From positions 1 to 64,000 of IMG/VR virus record IMGVR_UViG_3300046660_000403: a stretch of 64,000 nucleotides of DNA; one strand, given 5' to 3'. Shown here in pieces: positions 44,791-55,500 of the stretch. Made by a program: the position numbers and the translations under genes. The DNA is from a virus. The notes under the pieces are model-generated. The model saw only the letters and a list, made by a program, of their open reading frames with translations. It was not told the origin of the DNA and ran no database searches. The number at the start of each line of letters is the position of its first letter. Positions within the stretch are counted from its first letter, which is position 1.

Positions 44791-44826
44791 ATTCTATGAG
44801 CGGTTGTTCAAATACTTGGAATTTAG
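44791..44826 (-). promoter_or_regulatory. phage-specific promoter motif, copy 4
   Basis: CTAAATTCCAAGT-N17-TAGAAT upstream of the SET/ejection genes. Confidence 0.65.
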
Positions 44827-45017
44827 CCTGTGTCGCTCTCCCCTGTTACGTCCCCTTTGGGGAATTGCGCCTTGATAGCGGCAACGGCCGCGATGTACCT
44901 GTCCATCTTCGAGCTGTCGCCTTGTGACTGCCAGTAGATGGCGTCCGCCAGGTCGGCAACGGGAGGGTATGCGTCACGGCGTAGTTTTGCCACGTCCTCG
45001 GTGTGCGTGATTTTCAA
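44823..45017 (-). CDS. small tail-associated protein
   Basis: RRDAYPPVADLADAIY...IKAQFPK phage motif. Confidence 0.75.
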   Translation of the reverse strand: MKITHTEDVAKLRRDAYPPVADLADAIYWQSQGDSSKMDRYIAAVAAIKAQFPKGDVTGESDTG

Positions 45018-45361
45018 ATGACCACCTCAAAGTCGGCATCCAGGCACGGGAAGGCGATTACCTTGATCTGGTAGACGCCGGGATAGGTGAAGTCCAGCTC
45101 GGCCGTGGTATCGGCGCACAGGTAGGACTTCCCATTGATGACGATCTCGCACGGGACCGGCAGCTGCTGCAGCAGATTTTCCGTCCGACTGGCCGGGTTG
45201 ACCGGCCGTTGACATGCCTGGCCATCCTTGACGTACTGCGTGTCGCCATCGATCTCGCCGACAAACACGTTGGCACCCTGTAGCTCTATCATTGATTCGG
45301 GAACCGCCCCTACAGACAATACTTTCCCTGATTCAGGGTCATATCTGGTAAAACTTTTCAT
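45014..45361 (-). CDS. tail-associated hypothetical protein
   Basis: AGGAG RBS; ATGA coupling. Confidence 0.7.
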   Translation of the reverse strand: MKSFTRYDPESGKVLSVGAVPESMIELQGANVFVGEIDGDTQYVKDGQACQRPVNPASRTENLLQQLPVPCEIVINGKSYLCADTTAELDFTYPGVYQIKVIAFPCLDADFEVVI

Positions 45362-47559
45362 CGCATCACTCCTAAGATTGTCATAGACCAATTGCCAATA
45401 GTCCAAGGATCTTCATGCCAATCGTTGCCCGCCAACAGAGCAAATGTATAGGTGCCGGACCCGACGCTCACCACAGCCGAGGCGACGTGCGAGGTGTGGT
45501 GATCGGTGATGTTACTGTCGCTCTGGTCAAGCACGATCGAGCCGTTCATCGAAATCTGCATTCGACTATTAGAGCCACTACCCTGCTGCAGCGACTGCCA
45601 AGTCAACAGGATATCCACCGACGTTGGTTGAGGATAGGTGACGGTTACGGACGCTCCCGAAACCGGCACACCGACCGCCCCCGGCAAAATATTTGAGGCG
45701 CCACCGTATCCGCTCACCGATGCCGGCACCGTGACGGAGTTTTTTCCGATCTTGAGCGTGTCCACCTCGGCATCCCCGATCATGGCCTTTTTGATCTGCG
45801 CAATGCCGATGTTCGCCGTGGTGGCAAACAGCTCATTGAGAAAAACGCCCGGCGGATGAACGTAACCGTTCGCATCGGTCCAGTAGTCGGTTTGGACGAT
45901 GAACGGCACCTTGGCGGGAGGGGCACCGGAGCCTGACGCATCGCCCGGCGCGGCGATCCAGAAACTGTCGGCGCGCACGCCGAACGAATAGGTGGGGCCG
46001 TTCGGCGAACTGGATCCCGCGATGCCGAAACCGGCTTGACGGAAGCCGGTGGCGGCCCCGCCGGCGTCGAGCTGCACCAGCCACTTGGCCTCCACCTTGC
46101 CACTGCGGTCCACCAGCGCATCGGTGGTCTGCTTGATCGTGGCAGACGAGATCAGATTGCCGTTGCCGTCCTTCATGGCGGCCTGCACCTGCTCGAACTT
46201 GCTGGCCGCCGCGCCGGCGGTATTGACCGTGACAGATTGGCCACCCTGGATCAGGCCGGCATTGCCGCCAATCGCCGCCCAGACTGTGGATATCGCGCTC
46301 ACCAGTGCGTTGTCTTGGCTCAGGCGGACGGTCTTTTCAGTATCGACCAAGCCAGCTGCCGCCGCCGCGCGCGCATCGGAGGCGTCCACCCAGGCGGTGC
46401 CGGACCAGCGGCGGGCCTTGTTGTTGTCCGAACTGTCATACCAGACATCGCCAGGTAGTGGGCTGGCCTCTTTGGGCGCGACCGCGGGTTTGGCCGGTGC
46501 GCCAGTCGTCGCCGGTACATAGGCGCTGCCGGGAACCGCTGCCACCGGCGACGGCGGCGTGCTGGAAAAGAAGGTCCGATTCTTGGTACCCAGCGCCGCA
46601 TACACCTGCTGGTCCTGCTGGGCCAGCGCCGTGAAGTTGGTCAGGTTGATGGCGCGGTCATCGGCGATCATAGCGTCCGAATAGGGCAGTTGCGTGTCCG
46701 GATCGATGACGGCTGCGTAGAGCGCATTGAGCGCACTGGCGACGGCCGAGCGTGCAGTTGCCTCCAAGGAGAGGCGGTTCACGTAGTCCGCGCGCGATGC
46801 CGCCAGTCCGGTTTGCGGGTCGTTGACCGCGGCCTGCAGCAGTTCGGTCATGTCACCTACCGCCTTGCGGAGAGTGGCCTCGATGTTGATCAGCTTCACG
46901 TAATCGGCGCGCGAGGCTGCCAGGCCGGTCTGCGGGTCGTTGAATGCCGCTGTCAGCCCTGCCAGCTTGGATGCGTTGGCCGACTTGGAATCCACGCTGA
47001 CGTTGTTGATGTCCAAAATGGCGGCGCTGGCCAGCGGTAGCGCGCCCGATGCGTCGTACAGGGTTTGCTTGATGGCGCGCGTCTGTTTGATGCTGCCGTC
47101 GAACAGCGCCGCCACGTCGGTGACGCCGTTGCCAAGATCGCTATTCTCCTTGTCGAACTCCGCCAGCGCCTTGCTGGCGGCGGCCAGCAGCTTGATTTTG
47201 GTTTCCTCCACCTTCCCCAGCGGCGCGTCGAGTAATGCCAGGCGGCGGCCCAGATCCTTGAACAGCTTGGATTCGAGCACTTGCGCTTGCAGGTTGGCGA
47301 CGATCTGACCGACGTCATCGCGTCGGATGCCGGCGTCCGCGCCAGTGGCGCCACCTTGACCAGCAGCGCCGCCGCCTGCCCGGCCGCTCACCAAGCCAGC
47401 TTCCCGTGCAGTGATGAACCGTTCATCGCCGGTACCGGCCTGGCCGTTGCGCACGTGATGGCTATCGACCAGCGCGCGCAACACGTCGCGGGTATTCGGG
47501 TCGCTGATGGCATCGAGCGCCGCCAGCGGAATGCCTGGAACGGCTTTTTTTACTTCCAT
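45358..47559 (-). CDS. tail protein with a J-like C-terminal region
   Basis: AGFGI...FGVRADSFWI...PFIV...AQIKKAMIGDAEVDTLKI. Confidence 0.75.
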   Translation of the reverse strand: MEVKKAVPGIPLAALDAISDPNTRDVLRALVDSHHVRNGQAGTGDERFITAREAGLVSGRAGGGAAGQGGATGADAGIRRDDVGQIVANLQAQVLESKLFKDLGRRLALLDAPLGKVEETKIKLLAAASKALAEFDKENSDLGNGVTDVAALFDGSIKQTRAIKQTLYDASGALPLASAAILDINNVSVDSKSANASKLAGLTAAFNDPQTGLAASRADYVKLINIEATLRKAVGDMTELLQAAVNDPQTGLAASRADYVNRLSLEATARSAVASALNALYAAVIDPDTQLPYSDAMIADDRAINLTNFTALAQQDQQVYAALGTKNRTFFSSTPPSPVAAVPGSAYVPATTGAPAKPAVAPKEASPLPGDVWYDSSDNNKARRWSGTAWVDASDARAAAAAGLVDTEKTVRLSQDNALVSAISTVWAAIGGNAGLIQGGQSVTVNTAGAAASKFEQVQAAMKDGNGNLISSATIKQTTDALVDRSGKVEAKWLVQLDAGGAATGFRQAGFGIAGSSSPNGPTYSFGVRADSFWIAAPGDASGSGAPPAKVPFIVQTDYWTDANGYVHPPGVFLNELFATTANIGIAQIKKAMIGDAEVDTLKIGKNSVTVPASVSGYGGASNILPGAVGVPVSGASVTVTYPQPTSVDILLTWQSLQQGSGSNSRMQISMNGSIVLDQSDSNITDHHTSHVASAVVSVGSGTYTFALLAGNDWHEDPWTIGNWSMTILGVMR

Positions 47560-49550
47560 TACATTTTCTCCAATTCTCGCATCGTGGTGGCCAACAGCAG
47601 CTTTTTGAAGCGGCCGGTGCCTTCCACGCGGATTTGCCAGTCTTCCTCGGTGTCGCCGTCGGGGAGTCGGAACACGCTTTCGCCGGTGATGGCGGGCTCG
47701 ACCCAGCGCAGCGTGCCCCCGGCGTAGAAGCGCACTGTCCAGCTGCCACTGCACTTGGCCTTGGCCACGCCGAAGCTCACCGACCTGGCCTGGTTGATCT
47801 CACGCGAGGTCCATCCCGCAGTCGCTTCGGCGCCGCCGGCGAACTGCAGCAGGGCGCTGCCGTTGACCAGATAGCACTGGTCCGACAGTGGCGAGGTGAA
47901 GGAGCATGCAGCGACGAGGTCGGGCAGCTCGGTCATGGCGCCGCCCGCTTCGTCCAGCGACAGCATGAAGGGGACGAATTTGCGCGCCGACGAGTACACG
48001 ATCAGGCGCCCGTCCCATAGGGCAAAGCGCATGGTGTCGAGGCCGGTGGCGTACTTGTCCTTCCATACCTGCCGGGTGAAGTAGCGGCCCGAAAAGTCGG
48101 CCACTGGCTGTAGCCCGCTGATGGCGATCAAACCGTCGTTGCTGGCGTAGACGACCATGCCGCCGGCCGTGGCCATGGACCACTTGGACACGCCGGCCTG
48201 CTCAATGTTGATGTTGGAGGCCGTCATGGTGTCCGGGGTGATGCCAGCAATGGCGAATGGCTTGCCGGTGGTCGTGACCAGGGCGCCCGAGCCGATCGGG
48301 ATGGCGCCGACGATGTTGTTATCCCCGAATGGCTGTTCGTACTGTGGCGGCCAGGACCAGGGGCGGTAGGCGTCGGAAAAGCACAGCTTATTGCCCTTCC
48401 AGGCCATCAAGATGCCGTTGGGCAGCGCGATCAATCCAACCAGCAGAGGATCTGGCGGGTAGCTGTTGAGCGAGACCAGTGTCTCGTTGAGGGAGTCGGC
48501 CGGGGTTTTGTCCTGCAGGATGAAGCTGCCCGGATTCTGCCCCAGCACCTGCACCGCGCCGGTATAGAAATAGTCGTCGCCGGCCTGGCTATCGGCGGTG
48601 CGGTAAATGCGGATCTCCTTGATCGGTGCGTAGTCCGCCGCGGGGGGATCGAGTTCCACCACCACGTCGGCGTGTAGCGCGCTGTTCAGGGTGAGCGTCG
48701 CGGCCGGGCTGGGCGGCCCTTCCTCGCCGTAGGTGTTCACCAATGTATACGCATAAGTGCGCGCGACCAGCGCCACCTCGCTGGCGGTGGGCGCCAGGTC
48801 GATGGTGTAGGCGCCGGCGTTGCCGGTCTTGGTGCTGGAGAGGGTCCAGCCGGTCTCGCCTTGCAGATAGGAGTTGGCGGTATACACGTCCAGCAGGACG
48901 CTGCCGTCCGTGTTCTTGGCCTTCAGGCGCACCACGGGCACCGCTTGCGTCGGCGTTTCGTCCGGTTTGGGTTCGGACGATTGGCCGGAATCGGGATCCA
49001 CCGTCGGCGGGGTGTACTTGATCGCCGGGGGCGTGTAGGTCCACTGGGCAAGTGGCGTCAGCACGGTCAGCGCGATCGCCTGTTCCTGGTACTTCGTGCC
49101 GTTGTACTCGTAGTGGAAGGTGGCCGTGAGCGTGGCATCGGACAAGGGGCTGAGCGCTGAAATGCTCAGCTTGGGCGCCTTTGTCGGGCGCGGCACGCCC
49201 ACGCGGTAGCTGGCGGCCGGCGCGCCGCCGCCGGCGCCCATTCCCGATCGGGTGGTCACGCGGAAGTCCGTGGGCGTGGTGTAGTACAGGCGGTCGTATG
49301 GATCCACTGCCTGCGGCGAGCGCACCGCGTTCACGTCTTCCGGCCACGAATAGAACGTCAGCCCGTTATCCGTGTAGACACTGGCCGCCGTGTTGGCCAG
49401 ATTCTTGATGAACAGGTCGCTGCGCGTCGGGCGCAGCTCGCCGTAAGCGAAGTCGCAGTTGGTCGCTTCGGTCGCGTGGGACGGTGGCAGCAGCGCGGCC
49501 GGGATGCGCGGAATCAGCCCGTCGAAGCGGTCGAGTATAAGGCCTGCCAT
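47559..49550 (-). CDS. tail nozzle/stabilisation-like protein
   Basis: FDGLIPR, YTLVNTYGEEGPPSP, FSDAYRPWSWP. Confidence 0.7.
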   Translation of the reverse strand: MAGLILDRFDGLIPRIPAALLPPSHATEATNCDFAYGELRPTRSDLFIKNLANTAASVYTDNGLTFYSWPEDVNAVRSPQAVDPYDRLYYTTPTDFRVTTRSGMGAGGGAPAASYRVGVPRPTKAPKLSISALSPLSDATLTATFHYEYNGTKYQEQAIALTVLTPLAQWTYTPPAIKYTPPTVDPDSGQSSEPKPDETPTQAVPVVRLKAKNTDGSVLLDVYTANSYLQGETGWTLSSTKTGNAGAYTIDLAPTASEVALVARTYAYTLVNTYGEEGPPSPAATLTLNSALHADVVVELDPPAADYAPIKEIRIYRTADSQAGDDYFYTGAVQVLGQNPGSFILQDKTPADSLNETLVSLNSYPPDPLLVGLIALPNGILMAWKGNKLCFSDAYRPWSWPPQYEQPFGDNNIVGAIPIGSGALVTTTGKPFAIAGITPDTMTASNINIEQAGVSKWSMATAGGMVVYASNDGLIAISGLQPVADFSGRYFTRQVWKDKYATGLDTMRFALWDGRLIVYSSARKFVPFMLSLDEAGGAMTELPDLVAACSFTSPLSDQCYLVNGSALLQFAGGAEATAGWTSREINQARSVSFGVAKAKCSGSWTVRFYAGGTLRWVEPAITGESVFRLPDGDTEEDWQIRVEGTGRFKKLLLATTMRELEKM

Positions 49551-50083
49551 TATTCGTTCCCGTTGATGATGCCTTGCAGGCGTTGATAGTTCTCCCTCAA
49601 GCCGAGGGCTTTTTCGCGCCAGGCTCGGCAACTGATGGCGTTGTGGGCGTCGGCCGAGGCGACGTCAGCGAGCGAAACGGCGGCGGGTTCTCGGTCAGTG
49701 TCGGCGGGAGGTCCGGTAGGCGAACCTTCCCAGGCGGCGTCGTACAGGCGCACGAAGCCAGCATTAACGCCAAACACAAGGGTGTCAGCAGGCGTAACCA
49801 GTACCGGGATTTGTTTTTCAATTTCAGCTCCTTGAACATAGACCGTCTGAACGCGGTCGCGGTATTTTGTCTCTGTTTGGACAACAACTTGGATTTCTTT
49901 CTGGGCCAGCGCGGTACCCGCGGCCGCCTGGGCTACGAGGTAATCCGTGTGCACCTGCCCGGCGATGCGCTCGCCGCGCAGCTGACCAAACAGGAACAGG
50001 CAGGCGCCAGCGGCAGCGAGCACGAGGCAGCGCGCCCACAGCGGCAGCACCGCCGAGAGCAGCATGACGAACCGCGCTTTCAT
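49550..50083 (-). CDS. inner-membrane spanin (Rz-like)
   Basis: N-terminal TM helix; follows the endolysin; GFVRLYDAA motif. Confidence 0.7.
   Translation of the reverse strand: MKARFVMLLSAVLPLWARCLVLAAAGACLFLFGQLRGERIAGQVHTDYLVAQAAAGTALAQKEIQVVVQTETKYRDRVQTVYVQGAEIEKQIPVLVTPADTLVFGVNAGFVRLYDAAWEGSPTGPPADTDREPAAVSLADVASADAHNAISCRAWREKALGLRENYQRLQGIINGNE
49597..49839 (-). CDS. embedded outer-membrane spanin (Rz1-like lipoprotein)
   Basis: LMLASC lipobox and Pro-rich tail in an alternative frame inside the Rz-like gene. Confidence 0.65.
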   Translation of the reverse strand: MFKELKLKNKSRYWLRLLTPLCLALMLASCACTTPPGKVRLPDLPPTLTENPPPFRSLTSPRPTPTTPSVAEPGAKKPSA

Positions 50084-50610
50084 GCCAGCACCCGGATGGC
50101 GACATTGAACAGCGCCAGGCGGGCGGCCAGCCCGTTGATGCCGCCGTTGACGCCTCGCGTAACCGCCACTTGATCCCCGCTGTCGGCCAGTTGGTTCAGC
50201 CCGTGCGTCGACCAGAACCAGCCGGCGCTGCGGCACGCGCCTTCCGGCGTCGTCAGCCACGCCACAATGCCATCCAGCGGCAGGCCGAAGTAGGCGGCGC
50301 ATGCGCGGTGATTGGCCGCTCCCGTCACCTGCAGCAGGCCGTGGCCTTTCCAGCGCTGGCCGTCGCCATCGGCTTCCGGCGTATTGCCCAGGCGCGCAGC
50401 GAGCTGCCCGGTGTCGTATGCCTGGCCGCTGGCCAGCTCCACGGTGTACGCCAGTGATCCTGATTCATGCCCCACCTGGGCGATGAACGCGGCTTGCCGC
50501 ACTGGCGTGTTGATGTTGAATTCCGCCATGGTGGCGTTGAGCCATGGCAGGTACTTGGCCGCATGCGGCCGCGAGTATGGCAGCATGCGGATCAGTTGGT
50601 CGAGCGTCAT
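50080..50610 (-). CDS. endolysin, glycoside hydrolase family 19
   Basis: FIAQVGHESG, WKGHGLLQVTG..N, SAGWFW, VNGGING. Confidence 0.92.
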   Translation of the reverse strand: MTLDQLIRMLPYSRPHAAKYLPWLNATMAEFNINTPVRQAAFIAQVGHESGSLAYTVELASGQAYDTGQLAARLGNTPEADGDGQRWKGHGLLQVTGAANHRACAAYFGLPLDGIVAWLTTPEGACRSAGWFWSTHGLNQLADSGDQVAVTRGVNGGINGLAARLALFNVAIRVLA

Positions 50611-51035
50611 GCCTGTCCCTTCACTTGCTTGGCCAGTTCGCGGAAGTCGGCGGCCAACTCGCCGATATCCTTGTTCTTGCGCTTATCCAGCCAGCGTACG
50701 ATGGCGCCCACTACCCACCATGCCGGCAGGCCCGCGGCCACCATCAGCGGGGCCGCGACGAACAGGAAGGCCTGCGCGGGGTCGGTGCCGTACATCAGCG
50801 CGGTTTCGCGGGCGCCGGTGAACAGACTAGGCCAGGCCGAGTGCATCACGCTTACCAGCGCCGGGCCGCAGATCGCGGACGACAGGATCGTGGAGCCGAT
50901 GCGCACGGCCGCTTCCTTGGGGCTGTTCGGCCACAGGAACATGAAACCCAAGGCGGTGGCGGCGCTGCCGGTGATGACCGGCACGCCGAACAGTTTGATG
51001 AGGGCGCCGGTAGCGGCGGTGGTTCCTGCTTCCAT
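50607..51035 (-). CDS. putative holin
   Basis: Three hydrophobic segments and a charged C-terminus; precedes the endolysin. Confidence 0.75.
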   Translation of the reverse strand: MEAGTTAATGALIKLFGVPVITGSAATALGFMFLWPNSPKEAAVRIGSTILSSAICGPALVSVMHSAWPSLFTGARETALMYGTDPAQAFLFVAAPLMVAAGLPAWWVVGAIVRWLDKRKNKDIGELAADFRELAKQVKGQA

Positions 51036-51044
51036 GAATGCTCC

Positions 51045-51070
51045 AAAAAGAAAAACCCGCCGAAGCGGGT
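51045..51070 (-). terminator. terminator-like hairpin
   Basis: ACCCGC-TTCG-GCGGGT followed by a T tract on the minus strand. Confidence 0.65.
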
Positions 51071-51080
51071 CAAGGGGGGA

Positions 51081-51386
51081 TTAGGTGCCAGCCGCTCTGC
51101 GGCAGTGGTCTTTGTCGATGTGGTCCAGTAGTCGGCATAGCCGGCAGCCCCAGCGCTTTCCTTTTAATCGGGCGCGATTGGCGCGGCTGCTGATGGTTTC
51201 GTCTTCGCTGCCGCCGGTTGCGGCATTGGCGAGCTGGTCATAGGATATTGCCTGGCGCCAGGCGCGATCATGGTTGAAGATGATCGCACGCAGCATCAGG
51301 GCGGAAGAAAGCGCCGATGCCGCGACACAGACGGGCCACAACAAAAGCAAAACGGCAAAACGTTTGAGCCAAGTAAATGCGATCAA
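51081..51386 (-). CDS. conserved phage small protein
   Basis: DQLANA..GG..DETISSRA...CRLL..IDKDHC; TAAGGAG RBS before a TTG start. Confidence 0.7.
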   Translation of the reverse strand: MIAFTWLKRFAVLLLLWPVCVAASALSSALMLRAIIFNHDRAWRQAISYDQLANAATGGSEDETISSRANRARLKGKRWGCRLCRLLDHIDKDHCRRAAGT

Positions 51387-51396
51387 GCCATACTCC

Positions 51397-51879
51397 TTAC
51401 ATGCTGCTGCTCCAACTGAGTACAGCGGAAATGTTATATACCGTAACGGTGTGCCCCCCGGTGTCGGACACGGTGCATTGGAGAATGCAAGTGCCACTAC
51501 CGCCGGAGTTTCTGCCCACGTTCTTTTGCACCGTGCAAGACTGTGAGGTCGTGTTGCTCACGGTTGCTGACATATTGTTGGAATTGACAGCCCACGAGTA
51601 GGTGTACGACCCGGTGCCGCCAACTGGTGTTACCGAAGGGAAGCAGGTGACGTAGCCGCCACTACCAGACGTATCCATGTCAGCCGATGCGTTGTTGCCC
51701 CACGCTGAGAACGAACTTTTGCCGTAGAAATCGGAAACCGCAATGTAATTCCCTGAGCCAGGGCGGCCGGCAAGGGTACGCATTGTGGCATGGTCGAGCC
51801 AGATATTTTGCCCGCCTGAGAAGCCAGCCTCCACCTCGATATCCCACATGCCAATCGCGCCGGATGATGGCAGGCTCAC
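51397..51879 (-). CDS. putative fibre-tip adhesin
   Basis: LPSSGAI...MRTLAG...SDFYGKS N-terminal attachment-like motif, then an Ig-like beta domain. Confidence 0.55.
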   Translation of the reverse strand: MSLPSSGAIGMWDIEVEAGFSGGQNIWLDHATMRTLAGRPGSGNYIAVSDFYGKSSFSAWGNNASADMDTSGSGGYVTCFPSVTPVGGTGSYTYSWAVNSNNMSATVSNTTSQSCTVQKNVGRNSGGSGTCILQCTVSDTGGHTVTVYNISAVLSWSSSM

Positions 51880-52535
51880 GGCAGACTCCTTGCAATCACT
51901 GCTACGTCAGCCATGACCGTGCCGAACTCACTTTGCGCGTCTTCTGCGGTGGCGGCGTTATACACCTTGTATTTGTACATGCGCTGGATGCCAAGGCTCT
52001 TGATGGCGTCCCGCAGCGCATTGGCTTGCGACAGCACCAGCTCCGCGCATGTTGGGTAGGATATGCCCGTAGTGTCTGCGAACGCAGTCAGCCACGGCGT
52101 CGGATCGGACGTGTAGTCGGACGCCTTGTACTCCAGCGCGGCTTTCTCACGCTCCTCGTATTCCATTTGGAAGCGCGTGTATAGGCTGTAGACCCGCGCA
52201 ATGTTGGCGTCGATCTGCGCCATGAGCGTCGCCTTTACCTGATCCAGCGACGGTGGCGGCGGCGGTGACGGCGCGACATACACTGGAGTCTGCTGGGCTA
52301 ACTTGGCTAAAAGCATACTGTCCATCTGCTCAATGACACCCTGATCCTTTGCGATGTTGAGGCACATGGCTTGCAGCGCATCATCCGAAGGGATTGGGAC
52401 GCCGCCGCCGTCGCCTTGAACATGACGGCTTGCGGTATTGCCCTTGAAGTCCGTTGCGGTGAGGTCAAAATCCACTTTGACCATGACGCCATCTTCCACT
52501 TCGGGCGCTACATTGGTGATTTCGTATGTGTTCAT
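51876..52535 (-). CDS. tail fibre assembly-like protein
   Basis: Directly downstream of the fibre gene; EYEEREKAALEYKA motif. Confidence 0.65.
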   Translation of the reverse strand: MNTYEITNVAPEVEDGVMVKVDFDLTATDFKGNTASRHVQGDGGGVPIPSDDALQAMCLNIAKDQGVIEQMDSMLLAKLAQQTPVYVAPSPPPPPSLDQVKATLMAQIDANIARVYSLYTRFQMEYEEREKAALEYKASDYTSDPTPWLTAFADTTGISYPTCAELVLSQANALRDAIKSLGIQRMYKYKVYNAATAEDAQSEFGTVMADVAVIARSLP

Positions 52536-55500
52536 TACAGCCCCACCTTTTCCATCAAAATATCAATGAGCTTCGCTTGCTTGTTCACTTGGGCGCGCAG
52601 CAGCAGCACCTCCTGCGAGAGCTGAATCGTCGCCACAACCGCCGCCGCGCCGTAGTTGACCGCGAGGTAGCCATCGGCTTGCTGCGACACGGCAAACGGC
52701 AGCACTTTTTGCGCGCCCTGAGCGGAAACGCCAACTTGAGTTTGCCCGCCGTCGATGCGGTCATACACGCCATGCTTTACCTGCGCCCACTCTGCGATGA
52801 ACGTGGGTTGCAGGCTGCGCCAGTTGGTTTTCAGCCGCTCGTCAGAGTAGGCGACGACGTTGCCAGCGGCCGTGAGGTTTCCTGACATATCGAGCTGGAG
52901 CCTGTTGGCGGCAGCGGAATAACCGCCGATACGGAACACGTTGTCAGGGTCAAGCCCGATATTGACGGCGTATTGACCTGAGCGAACGAAGGTCATGCCA
53001 GCAGCCCCTCCATCATTGGCTAGTGCTTGAAGGCAGTAATCATTCTGCGATCCGGTGTACGTGTTATTGCCCTTGTTCATGCGGAACTGTTGAAAGCCAT
53101 CCCAAAGCTGGTTGTTACCCAGCAAGGCAATTGTTCCCCATCCAGTCCATGAGTTCCCGCCATTTACATCGAAGTTACCAAAGCGGATTTTCAGGTTGGC
53201 GCCGCCATTGGTAGGCGAGTACGGCACGTACATCTGGAGGGAGCCGCCGCCGCCGCTATACGTTTTCATCGTCATGACCGAGCCATAGGCCGGGTAGCCA
53301 TCTGCCCCTTGGACAAAGCTCGACTGAATACCGAGCGGGTAGGAGGCGGGCAACGTCGCAGCGTTCCAGGCATAGTTAGCCAGCGCCGAAGCCAGCGGCG
53401 CAGACCCCGACACGCCAGTCACATTGATAGGCCAGAAATCGCCGAAGTTGGTCCCATCAATCTGCACACCTATAGTGGAAGATTTCCATCCGATGTACAC
53501 CTTGTTGGTGCCTTGTCCGGTTCCCCCACCTTGCTGAACAGGTGTATAGCCGAGTGAGGCTTGTTTCGTCGCTAGGCCAGCATCAACGTAGGCCGTGCTG
53601 GCGGCAGATGTGGTGTTGTTGCCTTGGGCCTTGGTCGCCACCGTCACATTGCCAGCAGCAGTAAGGTCAAGCGCTGCGGCTAAGACAGACAAAGTACCCT
53701 GACCTGGAGTACCTGATCCACCAGAGGCACCTATACGAACGTCATAATCGCTACCTGCTGTGGATGAGTGAAAGTCAATGAAAGGAGAACCAGAAACACC
53801 CTGGGTTCCTAATTCAAGCGCTCCACCATTCATATTAACAATGCCCGTGAATGTAGGGCTGGCGGTGGGAGCCTTCAACGCGATAGCTGTCTGTTGCGGC
53901 GTGCTGACGGGCTTGTTCACGTCACTGGTGTTATCGACGTTGCCCAGCCCGACATCGGCCTTTGCGCCTGACGTGGCGACGGCGGCAAGGCCAAGATTCG
54001 TCGCGGCGTTGGCCTTCTGGCCTGCGGTCAAGCCCTGCGTTGCCACGTCCACGCGCAGCCGATTGCCCAGCGAGGTCGCGGTGGTCGTTGCAAAATTCGC
54101 GTCGTTGCCCAGCGCGGCGGCAAACTCGTTCAGCGTGTCCAGCGCTGCCGGGGCTGAGCCAAGAATGTCTGCTTTACCCTGCGCGACCGCAGCCGTCACA
54201 AATGCCGTGTTTGCGGCCAGCGACGTATTGTTGCCAGCGGCGACGTTCGGCACGTTGACCGTACCGGTGAAGGTAGGACCGGCCAAATCAGCTTTCAGCC
54301 CAATGGCAGTGGCCTGCGGGCCGCTCACTGGTTTGTTTGCATCGCTGACGTTGTCCACGTTGCCCAGGCCTACGTCGCCTTTACTTAGCGCGATGTTTGC
54401 CGTGCCGTCAAAAGCGATGCCGTTGATGGTGCGCGCAGTTGCGAGTTTGGTGGCCGTGGATGCATTGCCAGTCACGTTGCCGGCAGCGTCGATATTGAGT
54501 GCGATGATTTTGGCAAGAACGCCACTGGCGGGAATGCCATTGCCGACCAACACCTGCGTGATCGCGCCGGCCGCGCCCCGGTAGTTCATGTACAACTGAC
54601 CGCCCGTAAATCCATTCGCCAGCGTCATCTCGTTCGTGTTGTCGACGTTTTTGTAGCCCGTCAGATTGCCCGCGAAGTTCGACGCGGTGGCAGTGCCGGT
54701 GAAAGTCGGGCTGGATTTATCAGCTTTCAGCGACGCGATCGCGTCGGCGTAGGCGGTCGTAGCCAGCTGAGTGCTATTGGTTCCCGGTGCGGCAGTTGCC
54801 GAGGTGACCGCACCAGCATGGTTGATCACCAACGCACCATTACCCAACGTGACGTTGCCATTTGCCGGATTGACATACATCGGGCGCAGCGTGTTGTACG
54901 TACCGTCGGCGTCGTTGTTATTGGTCAGCATCAGGTACAGATTCACGCCATCGTTACGCCAGAAGGAGGCGTAACCGCTTGCATCTGCGGCAGGCTTCAT
55001 CCGGTAGCCGTTAAAGCTCGTGGATACGAAGCCCGGTGCCGTCGCGGTGCCGGTGAAGGTCGGACTGGCTTTATCAGCTTTCAACGCAATCGCGGTAGCT
55101 TGCGGAGCGCTGACGGGTTTGTTCGCATCCGGCGTGTTGTCAACGTTGCCCAGGCCAACGTCCGACTTGGCGCCGGAGGTGGCCACAGCCGCCAGTGCCG
55201 GCTTGTTTTTGATGTAACCCTTGTTGGCCGTGTCGGTGACGGTCCAGTCGGCTTGAACCTGCTGCTGGGTAGCTTGTTGCGCGCTCGTGGCGGCCGCATC
55301 GGCGGAACTTTGGGCGGCGGTGGCGGAGGACGCGGCAGCGTTCTTGCTTGCCAGGGCATTCGCTTCACTGGTAGATGCTGCCGTCGCCTTGGTCGTCGCC
55401 GTCGTGGCACTGGCTGCCGCGTTGGTTTCGGAAGTGACAGCATTGTTTCTGCTGGTCAGGGCCGCCGCGGCGCTGGCAGTCGCGCTGGTTTCCGATGTGG

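Noticed and set aside
49597-49839. Embedded lipoprotein gene as a novelty
   Set aside because: Ordinary Rz/Rz1 architecture; listed as a feature only
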